A stretch of 24,164 bases of DNA from contig JAWBQF010000036.1 in NCBI GenBank assembly GCA_038845975.1, positions 1 to 24,164 on the forward strand, read 5' to 3'. This document shows positions 17,199 to 24,164 of the stretch, piece after piece (within the stretch, counting starts at the first letter, position 1; each line of letters begins with the position of its first letter). A program made the translations under genes and the position numbers. A model generated the notes under the pieces. The model was not told the origin of the DNA, searched no databases, and saw only the letters and a program-made list of their open reading frames with translations. This DNA comes from Candidatus Methanomethylicia archaeon (GTDB lineage Archaea > Thermoproteota > Methanomethylicia > CALHIW01).

Positions 17199-18344
17199 TT
17201 GATGGCGGTGATGTTTTTGGGTGAAACGTTTTTTATGTCTGGAAATGATGCTTGTGTTGAAGGTGCTATTGCTGCTGGCTGTAGGTTTTTTGCTGGTTAT
17301 CCAATTACTCCTGCTAATGAGATTGCTGAGAGGATGTCTCGTAGAATGTTTGAAGTTGGCGGTACATTTATCCAGATGGAGGATGAAATTGCATCAATAT
17401 GCGCTGTTATTGGCGCTTCATGGACTGGTTTAAAGGCTATGACAGCTACTAGTGGTCCAGGATTTAGTCTTATGCAGGAGGGTATTGGATATGCTATTGC
17501 TACTGAAACTCCATGTGTCATTGTTAATGTTCAGCGTATAGGTCCTAGTACTGGAAGTATTTTTAGTCAGCAGGGTGATGTTATGCAAGCTCGTTGGGGG
17601 ACTCATAGTGGATGTTATGAAAGCATCGTTTTATCACCCTACTCCGTTCAGGAAATGTTTAGTTTAACTATTGAATCCTTCAATCTTTCTGAAGAGTTTA
17701 GAGTTCCTGTTATTTTATTATCTGAAGCTGCTATCGGCCACTTGAGGGAACGTCTTGTAATTCCAGATAAAATTAATATAGTAAATAGGAGAAAGCCTAC
17801 AGTATCTATTAAGGATTTCAAGCCATTTGAGGCTTTAGAGAATGAAGCCCCACCTATGGCTTCCTTTGGTGATGGTTATCGAGTATACTATACTGGTCAT
17901 TTACATACTGTTGAAGGTTTTCCTGTTCTTAGCTTAGAGAAGTATCCATTAGCTGAAAAAGTGCTTAAACGTATTTCAAGTAAAATTAGGCTTAATATTC
18001 ATAGAATTAGTATGTTTGATGCTAAATATGTTGATGATGCTAAGGTTATCATTGTTTCCTATGGATCTAGTGCTCGAGCTGTTCTAAGAGCTGTCAATGA
18101 AGCTAGAAAAAACGGTATTAAAGCTGGGTATGTTAGACTTATTACATTATGGCCATTTAACCATCAGAAAATAAGAGAACTATGCAATTATGCTGATGTA
18201 GTGATTGTTGCTGAAGTAAATAATGGTCAAATACTTTACGAAGTTCAGAAAGCTCTTCCATTTAAGAATGTTATTCCACTACTTAAGCTTGTTGATACTC
18301 ATACACCTATAGAGGTTCTCGCAAAGATTAGAGAGGTGATTTAA
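17199..18344 (+). CDS. korA: 2-oxoacid:ferredoxin oxidoreductase alpha subunit (KorA-like)
   Basis: SGNDA...FFAGYPITP, QMEDEIAS, TATSGPGFSLMQE, QARWG, TLWPF and EVNNGQ. The real start is probably 17211 or 17217, near GGTGA. Confidence 0.9.
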   Translation: MMAVMFLGETFFMSGNDACVEGAIAAGCRFFAGYPITPANEIAERMSRRMFEVGGTFIQMEDEIASICAVIGASWTGLKAMTATSGPGFSLMQEGIGYAIATETPCVIVNVQRIGPSTGSIFSQQGDVMQARWGTHSGCYESIVLSPYSVQEMFSLTIESFNLSEEFRVPVILLSEAAIGHLRERLVIPDKINIVNRRKPTVSIKDFKPFEALENEAPPMASFGDGYRVYYTGHLHTVEGFPVLSLEKYPLAEKVLKRISSKIRLNIHRISMFDAKYVDDAKVIIVSYGSSARAVLRAVNEARKNGIKAGYVRLITLWPFNHQKIRELCNYADVVIVAEVNNGQILYEVQKALPFKNVIPLLKLVDTHTPIEVLAKIREVI

Positions 18345-19156
18345 TGCATCTACTTTCAAACATTATTAGAACTGAACGTCTACCTCATGAATTCTGTCCT
18401 GGATGTGCTATTGGCCAAATCTACCATTATGCTGCTAAAGCAGTTGAGGAGTTAGGTATCGATATGGATAAGGTGGTTTTTCTAAGTGGTATTGGCTGTA
18501 ATTCTAGAGGTGTTGGTTATGTTCGCTTCGACTCCGCTACAACACTTCATGGTAGAGCTATAGCGTTTGCAACTGGTGTTAAACTTGCAAATCCTAACCT
18601 AACAGTTATTGTTGTAACCGGGGATGGAGATGGTGCTGGTATTGGCTGTAATCACCTAATTCATGCTGCTAGGAGAAATATTGATCTTACAGTTATATTA
18701 TACAATAATAGGGTTTATGCTTCAACAGGTGGACAGCTTGCACCTACAACACCATACGGTATGCATACTTCAACAACGCCATATGGAAATCTGGAAGAAC
18801 CCTTTGACCTATGTAGTTTAATGGCTGCTGCAGGTGCTGTCTATGTTGCTAGGTGGACTACAGCTCATCCATATAGAGCTATAAGCTCCATTAAGAAGGG
18901 AATATTGAAGAAAGGCTTCTCATTTATTGAAGTTGTTGGGCAGTGTCCAACCTATTTTGGAAGATATGTTTTAAATACAACAGATCCTGCAAAATGCTTA
19001 AAATGGCTTCTTGAAAATTCAGTAATGAAGGAATCTGCTAGCAATATACCGGCTAAGGAGTTATCTGGTAAAATTATAATTGGAGAATTTGTAGATAAAG
19101 ATCGGCCTGAGTTAACTGAGCAGTATAAAATACTACGTGAAAAACTTAAATCATAG
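18344..19156 (+). CDS. korB: 2-oxoacid:ferredoxin oxidoreductase beta subunit (TPP-binding)
   Basis: FCPGC, SGIGC, HGRA..FATG.K, GDGD...NN (TPP motif), TGGQ.APTTP and QCPT. It overlaps alpha by one base (TAATG). Confidence 0.92.
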   Translation: MHLLSNIIRTERLPHEFCPGCAIGQIYHYAAKAVEELGIDMDKVVFLSGIGCNSRGVGYVRFDSATTLHGRAIAFATGVKLANPNLTVIVVTGDGDGAGIGCNHLIHAARRNIDLTVILYNNRVYASTGGQLAPTTPYGMHTSTTPYGNLEEPFDLCSLMAAAGAVYVARWTTAHPYRAISSIKKGILKKGFSFIEVVGQCPTYFGRYVLNTTDPAKCLKWLLENSVMKESASNIPAKELSGKIIIGEFVDKDRPELTEQYKILREKLKS

Positions 19157-19167
19157 TTGGTGTAATT

Positions 19168-19683
19168 ATGGAGAGATTTGAAATTAGAATTGTAGGTGTT
19201 GGTGGACAGGGTATTCGTATTGCTGGTATTGTTCTTGCTACAGCCGCAGTTATAAATGGTTTATTTGCAACTCATTGGCCATCCTATGGTGTAGAAGCAC
19301 GTGGAGGACCAAGTATATCAGATATTGTTATATCTAGGGAGGAAATAGATTATCCTAGAGTTTTAGCTGCTGATGTATTAGCGGCTTTAAATCAAGAAAT
19401 GCTATCCAAATATTTAGATAGCTTAAAACCTAACGGTATTCTTATACTGGATTCCAGCTTAATTATAGAGAATTCAAAGCGTAGAAATATTACTATTAAA
19501 AAAGCTTCATTAATTGATACTGCTAAGGGAATTGGAGAACCTTCAATGGTGAATATGATTATGTTAGGTGTTCTAGTAAATTCAACTAGAATTGTATCCG
19601 TAGAGTCTATGATTAAAGCTATTAAGGAAACTACTGGCTTAAATAGAAATCTTGAAGCCTTTAAACTAGGATTAAAACTGTAG
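19168..19683 (+). CDS. korC: 2-oxoacid:ferredoxin oxidoreductase gamma subunit
   Basis: GVGGQG, SYGVEARGG, IDYP, NMIMLG and NLEAF..G. Confidence 0.92.
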   Translation: MERFEIRIVGVGGQGIRIAGIVLATAAVINGLFATHWPSYGVEARGGPSISDIVISREEIDYPRVLAADVLAALNQEMLSKYLDSLKPNGILILDSSLIIENSKRRNITIKKASLIDTAKGIGEPSMVNMIMLGVLVNSTRIVSVESMIKAIKETTGLNRNLEAFKLGLKL

Positions 19684-19694
19684 AGGTAGGTAAT

Positions 19695-19901
19695 GTGAAA
19701 ATAGAGATTTATAGAGATCTATGTAAAGAATGCGGTATCTGTATATCTTTCTGCCCATTTAAGGTATTAGATAAATCTAATGAAGTAAATAGTAAAGGCT
19801 TTCATCCTCCTAAAGTAGTAAGGGAAAGCGATTGTACGGGGTGTAAGCTATGCGAGCTCTTATGTCCAGACTTCGCTATAGCTATTAGAAATTTTAAATA
19901 G
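19695..19901 (+). CDS. korD: 2x[4Fe-4S] ferredoxin, oxidoreductase delta subunit
   Basis: CKECGICISFCP and CTGCKLCELLCPDFAI, with the NSKGFHP linker. An AGGT SD site precedes the GTG start. Confidence 0.92.
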   Translation: MKIEIYRDLCKECGICISFCPFKVLDKSNEVNSKGFHPPKVVRESDCTGCKLCELLCPDFAIAIRNFK

Positions 19902-19946
19902 CTACATTTAGCAGGAGATAAGCCTATTTTACTACTTAAATTTAGG

Positions 19947-20597
19947 CTATATTTTAGTTCCCAATTCCCTTTCAGCTTCTATAATTGGTTTTCCACTCAT
20001 TACTAGTATTCTAACTTTTTCCTCTTTCTCCTCGATCTCCATAGCTATCTTTAGAACTTCTAGAACTTTTTCATATGGAATAACTACTATACCGTTTCCA
20101 TCACCAACTATTAAATCTCCTGGACTTATCCTAACATTATTAATTTCTATTTGTGTGTTAATGGATACTGTAGCTATACGGCTCTTTCCTGTTATTGGTG
20201 TTATAGCTCTAGCAAAAACTGGAAATTTTATTTTTCTAATCTCATTGATATCTCTTACAGCTCCATTAACTACTACTCCCTCTATTCCCTTAATTTTCGC
20301 AGATAATGATGCTAAACCACCCCATGTTGATGCTTCAGTATATCCCCCAACATCGAAAACCATTATGCTACCAGGTTCAGCCTGATTTAATGCTTCGGTT
20401 ACGCGAAATTCTGAAGTATTAGTTTTCCTGTGAATTTCTTTTATTGTGAAAGCTGGGCCAACAATTTTTACATCATCTATAATTGGTTTCAGGCCAGTTA
20501 TAACTCCAATTATATTTAGTCTATCTAGAGCATCTGATATTGTTGTTGTAGGTATTCTACGATACTTCTCTAAAATCTCTAAGCTATAAGTCCGCAT
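19947..20597 (-). CDS. RraA family protein / HMG aldolase-like
   Basis: TTISDAL, GPAFT, WGGL, GVVVNGAVRD, FPVFAR and PGDLIVGDGNGIVVIP. Confidence 0.9.
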   Translation of the reverse strand: MRTYSLEILEKYRRIPTTTISDALDRLNIIGVITGLKPIIDDVKIVGPAFTIKEIHRKTNTSEFRVTEALNQAEPGSIMVFDVGGYTEASTWGGLASLSAKIKGIEGVVVNGAVRDINEIRKIKFPVFARAITPITGKSRIATVSINTQIEINNVRISPGDLIVGDGNGIVVIPYEKVLEVLKIAMEIEEKEEKVRILVMSGKPIIEAERELGTKI

Positions 20598-20613
20598 GTT
20601 ATGTTTAGCTAGA

Positions 20614-20674
20614 TTAGCAGCTACTTTATTAAGTTTTCGATTATTAACTTACATAAGTGTAAAGTAGCTGTTAA
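20614..20674. promoter_or_regulatory. Long inverted repeat in the divergent rraA/clp1 promoter region
   Basis: CAGCTACTTTA (20618-20628) and TAAAGTAGCTG (20660-20670) match perfectly, and the match extends to 14 of 15 bp. Confidence 0.5.
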
Positions 20675-20687
20675 AGCTTATAAGTGG

Positions 20688-21977
20688 TTGCTGAATCTAC
20701 AGGATGTGGAGGTTAAGAGAGGATCCTCTCTAATTGTAAAAGGTCCAGCAAGGTTTTCGGTTCTAGATGGTTTAGTTGAGGTTTTCGGGGCTCCTGTAAG
20801 CTCCGGTGAGTCATTTATTGCTATTGCTGATCGTTATTATCCTGTTGAAGTTATTGACAACTCTATTATTGAGGTTTCTGGCGGTGAAAATTCCCTATGT
20901 GAAACTGTAAGTGTTCCTCTCATACCACAAGATTGGAAAAATGCTGTAGATAAGATTCTACGTTTTAAAAACCCAGTTATCATTGTTTTAGGTGATGTAG
21001 ATTCCGGTAAGAGTGGATTTACGCTCTATCTTGCTAATAGATTTTGTCTAAGCGGAATTAGAGTAGCAATAGTTGATTCTGATATTGGTCAGTCTGATAT
21101 TGGTCCCCCTACAACTATCGGATTATCAGTTATTGATAAGCCATCAACATCTTATGCTGGTCTACCATTAACTGATGCCTACTTTGTAGGCGATAATACT
21201 CCTGTAGGCCATCTTTTACCTATGGTTGTAGGTACTATGAGAATGGTTGATAGAGGCTTTAAATATGGTGCAAATGCAGTTATAGTTAATACAACTGGTA
21301 TGGTTTATGGTGGCGTGGCTCAGGCACTAAAATACTTTAAGATTGAAGCTTTAAATCCAAACTTTATAGTTGCTCTACAGAGAAACTCTGAAATTGAGCA
21401 TTTACTAAAACCTTTTGAAGGTGTTATTGAGATTTTAAGACTTAAAACTCCCCAACATATACCTAGGAAAAGTAGAAGTGAAAGAACTGATTATCGTGAA
21501 TTTAAGCTTGGACAGTATTTTATAGGTGCGAGAACAGTTACACTTAAACTTAGCAACATTATCCTTCTAAATACATCTATAGGTTATGGTAATGAGAATA
21601 CAGAGATTAGAAACATTATTGAAAAGATTATCAGTATAAAACCGTTAAGTGTTAAAACTTATGGTAAAACTATAGTTATGCTTATTAAGTCATTTCTGAG
21701 ACCTGATATGCATGAAAAGCTTTACTCATACTTGAAGGAGAAATATGATGAGCTTAAAATAGTATCTCTCCAGAAAATTAGGGGTTTAGTTCTTGGATTA
21801 TATGATTTGGGCAATCGCTTTCTATCTCTAGGAATACTAGAGGATATAAGCAGTGAAGATATTAAAGTTAAGTCTCCAGTTAAGTCCCCTCTAGAAGTAA
21901 AATATGTAAGGTTTGGATCAATAATTGTTAATGAACATGGAGATGAAATAGCTAGAATTAAGCCTGGATTGATCTAG
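20688..21977 (+). CDS. clp1: Clp1/Grc3-family polynucleotide 5'-hydroxyl kinase
   Basis: Walker A GDVDSGKS, DSDIGQSDIGPPTTI, NTTG and the lid motif RSERTDYRE. It is the long form with N- and C-terminal domains. Confidence 0.88.
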   Translation: MLNLQDVEVKRGSSLIVKGPARFSVLDGLVEVFGAPVSSGESFIAIADRYYPVEVIDNSIIEVSGGENSLCETVSVPLIPQDWKNAVDKILRFKNPVIIVLGDVDSGKSGFTLYLANRFCLSGIRVAIVDSDIGQSDIGPPTTIGLSVIDKPSTSYAGLPLTDAYFVGDNTPVGHLLPMVVGTMRMVDRGFKYGANAVIVNTTGMVYGGVAQALKYFKIEALNPNFIVALQRNSEIEHLLKPFEGVIEILRLKTPQHIPRKSRSERTDYREFKLGQYFIGARTVTLKLSNIILLNTSIGYGNENTEIRNIIEKIISIKPLSVKTYGKTIVMLIKSFLRPDMHEKLYSYLKEKYDELKIVSLQKIRGLVLGLYDLGNRFLSLGILEDISSEDIKVKSPVKSPLEVKYVRFGSIIVNEHGDEIARIKPGLI

Positions 21978-22498
21978 TCCCTTACTAATTCTCCGATAGC
22001 ATGCTGTATTTCGGGCAGTATTATTTTTAATGCCAACTCTACAGCATCAACACTACCTGGAACTACAAATACTAAACAGTATTTACCACCATATGCAACT
22101 ACATATGCTGATGCGCGTGTAAGCCATGCTAAGACACCATGCAACTCATACGTTAATAACCTAAATATTTCTCCAAACCCTGGAATTTTCCTAAAGGCTA
22201 TTTCCTCAAGTACATCTATGCTTACATCTTTAAGCCTCAGCCCTGTTCCTCCACTAACAATTAATGCCTCAACATTTTTCTCTAATCCCTTAAGTATTGC
22301 CTCCCTGATCATCTCAGCATTGTTTGGTGTCACTACTCTATACACGAGTTTATGATTTGTCTTAGATATTATTTCCTCAACTAGTGGTGTTATTATGTCT
22401 TTCTTATCTCCTCTATATACAGAGTCTCCTGTAACTACTAGTCCAAAGTTTACTACTTCCCTCAAATATTTTCTATGCTCATCCTGCATAAACATCAC
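21974..22498 (-). CDS. moaB: MoaB/MogA molybdopterin adenylyltransferase-family protein
   Basis: VVTGDS, SGGTG..KDVS, IPGFGEIFR, TRASA and VPGS.DAV. It has a 4-bp convergent overlap with clp1. Confidence 0.9.
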   Translation of the reverse strand: MMFMQDEHRKYLREVVNFGLVVTGDSVYRGDKKDIITPLVEEIISKTNHKLVYRVVTPNNAEMIREAILKGLEKNVEALIVSGGTGLRLKDVSIDVLEEIAFRKIPGFGEIFRLLTYELHGVLAWLTRASAYVVAYGGKYCLVFVVPGSVDAVELALKIILPEIQHAIGELVRD

Positions 22499-22624
22499 TA
22501 ACCAAGTCTCTACTATTTCTAGCTAAAGATACTAATAAACGTACCTAATAAATAACTTAATTTAGACCATGTATTTCTAGTATTATTAAAGCTTAACTTT
22601 ATGATAATTCATAATGTTAAAGTA

Positions 22625-22990
22625 TACTGCTCGACAACAAAATAGCAAAATTAAATTTGATAGATAGGCTAAATTCAGAATGGTGAAGTCAATAATTGTA
22701 GAGCTTCCAAAGAATTATTTAACAACTAAATTGAAGAAAACTAAGATGGAATGGTATAATTATGATAAAATAATATAAAGTAATGAAGAAAGGCTTAAAA
22801 CCAAATATGGTTAAGGCTGAAACATCTTTAGAACATGTGAATATGTGGTGAATAGGTATGTTGAGTATCCATTTCTTTAAATGTAGGAAATGTAACTTTC
22901 AAGCAAGTAAACATTTAGCAACTGCTGAACATAGTCATGAAGCATTCAATGCCATTCCTTACCGTTAATAGTGAAAGTCTTCAATGAGCT
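22625..22990 (+). pseudogene. Heavily decayed TnpB (IS200/IS605) C-terminal remnant
   Basis: Fragments appear across frames in TnpB order: LDNKIAK; KSIIVELPK (RuvC-II E); KGLKP; TC.ICGE; FFKCRKCNFQASKHLATA (22873-22926); then NIVMK. This matches the zinc finger plus the DR(D/H)xxAAxNI RuvC-III pattern. Confidence 0.6.
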
Positions 22991-23091
22991 TCTAGCAACA
23001 AAGGTAGAAGTAAGAAATGAGTATTCAGTATTCTATAATGACCTATCAAAATACTAATCTTACTTTAGAGTCTACACCAATAATTTCAGCC

Positions 23092-23123
23092 AAACTCCAA
23101 ATAAAGCCAAAGTTCACAAAGCC
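23092..23123 (-). mobile_element. Solitary left end of the IS6-family element
   Basis: The reverse complement GGCTTTGTGAACTTTGGCTTTATTTGGAGTTT matches 3677-3708 (GGCTTTGCTAACTTTAGCTTTATTTGGGGTTT) at 28 of 32 positions. Confidence 0.8.
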
Positions 23124-23160
23124 CTTATATGTAATGATAGAAAACCTCTTATGATAGTAA

Positions 23161-23745
23161 GTGATAGTTACTAGGATGGCTAGGAAATGTATTGTTATAT
23201 CGGGTTGTCCAGGTACTGGTAAAACTGTAGTAGCTAGGAAACTTTCTGATATTCTTAAATTAGACTATATTAACTTATCTGAACTTGTATTAATTGAGAA
23301 GCTTTATAGGGGTTATGATGTGGAACGAGGAACTTACGTAGTTGATTTGAGAAAGCTTTATCAGAAAATTCGGGAGATTATTAAGGTAAGTAGTGGCATT
23401 ATTATTGATAGCCATTACGGTGATATTATACCGTCAAAATATGTTAAGAAAATAATTGTTCTTAGACTTCATCCTATTGAGCTTAAAAGAAGGCTCATGG
23501 AGAGAGGATGGGGAGTTGAAAAGATTAGGGAGAACGTTGAGGCTGAGCTTATTAACCTATGTACATTAAATGCCTTAGATAGACATAAAGGAAGAGTATA
23601 TGAAATTAATGTGACTGGAAAAAGTGTTGATGAAGTTGTCAGAGAGGCTCTTAATATAGTTAATAATAAAGTAAAACCTAAAGAGTATGTTGATTGGTTA
23701 AGCATGTTAAGTAGAAGTGATTTTACATCACTCTTCCAGTTTTAA
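23161..23745 (+). CDS. fap7: Adenylate kinase AK6 / Fap7-type NTPase
   Basis: GCPGTGKT, IIIDSH (hhhDxH) and L..RG...EKIRENVEAE. The start may be ATG 23176. Confidence 0.87.
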   Translation: MIVTRMARKCIVISGCPGTGKTVVARKLSDILKLDYINLSELVLIEKLYRGYDVERGTYVVDLRKLYQKIREIIKVSSGIIIDSHYGDIIPSKYVKKIIVLRLHPIELKRRLMERGWGVEKIRENVEAELINLCTLNALDRHKGRVYEINVTGKSVDEVVREALNIVNNKVKPKEYVDWLSMLSRSDFTSLFQF

Positions 23746-23756
23746 CCTTATACATT

Positions 23757-23939
23757 TTACGTCTTAACTATTCTATAGCGTTTCCCTTTCTTAGATATTT
23801 TCCCTTCAGCTACAAGTTCTTCAAGTATTTTTATAGCCTCTATGTGCTGAATATTAAGTTTCTTAGCAACATAAGCTGCAGCAACATCCCCCTCCTCTTT
23901 AACCAGATTTAGAACCTTACTCCTTAATTCTTCAGACAT
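23757..23939 (-). CDS. Small winged-helix (wHTH) protein
   Basis: 60 aa with a helix-turn-helix AAYVAKKLNI...AIKILEELVAEGKI and a wing KKGKRYRI. A GGGG SD site lies upstream. Confidence 0.7.
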   Translation of the reverse strand: MSEELRSKVLNLVKEEGDVAAAYVAKKLNIQHIEAIKILEELVAEGKISKKGKRYRIVKT

Positions 23940-24113
23940 TAAACCCCTAAATAAGTTTACCTTAAGCCTTAAAACAGTTACTATCCATAAAGAATCTAAA
24001 TAGATTTAAATTTTGTTCTTTAATAAGATTTTGTGGCTGTTTTCTGATTTTTTCTATGGGTGTTCTTAGTCTTCATTCTAGTGAGACTGTTTTAATCTGT
24101 TTAAGATTGTTAG

Positions 24114-24164
24114 ATGGTTGATGGTGTTCGATGTCCTAGATGTGGTTCTAGTAGGGTTATGGAA
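24114..24164 (+). CDS. Start of a Zn-ribbon protein, probably a transposase, truncated by the window end
   Basis: MVDGVRCPRCGSSRVME contains the CPxCGS motif typical of IS1/IS1595/IS6-type transposase N-termini. Only 17 codons are visible. Confidence 0.45.
   Translation, partial: MVDGVRCPRCGSSRVME

Noticed and set aside
13449-23123. Intact composite transposon
   Set aside because: There is no target-site duplication, the transposase is dead and the cargo is housekeeping-like. It is kept only as a rearrangement hypothesis.
2480-23705. Other short overlapping ORFs (2480..2677, 14930..15142, 15508..15789, 17221..17433, 17297..17521, 20155..20385, 23469..23705)
   Set aside because: They lie within or opposite confidently called genes and have no independent support.
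23757-23939. Z-alpha (Z-DNA-binding) domain call
   Set aside because: It lacks the N-x3-Y residues in the recognition helix and the wing tryptophan.
1-24164. CRISPR array, tRNA or rRNA
   Set aside because: There are no regularly spaced repeats and no GC-rich cloverleaf or rRNA-like stretch. The repeats found are IS-derived or palindromic.

Overview
AT-rich archaeal chromosomal segment, probably from the TACK/Thermoproteota group. The lineage is inferred from the L38e gene, the GGTGA Shine-Dalgarno sites, BRE-TATA promoters and archaeal-type Clp1, Fap7 and MptA. It holds about 23 intact genes. The main block is a tightly coupled six-gene C1-pterin (methanopterin-type) biosynthesis operon: DUF1464, DUF447, RFAP synthase, GTP cyclohydrolase MptA, DmrX and a DHPS-like protein. 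Other genes include a four-subunit 2-oxoacid:ferredoxin oxidoreductase operon, two PLP aminotransferases, a lipoate ligase, a PfkB kinase, L38e, Clp1, MoaB and AK6/Fap7. The larger intergenic gaps hold mobile-element debris: three decayed copies plus a lone left end of one IS6-family element (one copy with both TIRs and an 8-bp TSD), two small MITE-like inverted-repeat inserts in or next to those copies, a decayed TnpB remnant and a probable transposase start at the right edge. Several promoters carry palindromic operator candidates. No rRNA, tRNA or CRISPR array was seen. All family calls come from motif recognition, not from database searches.
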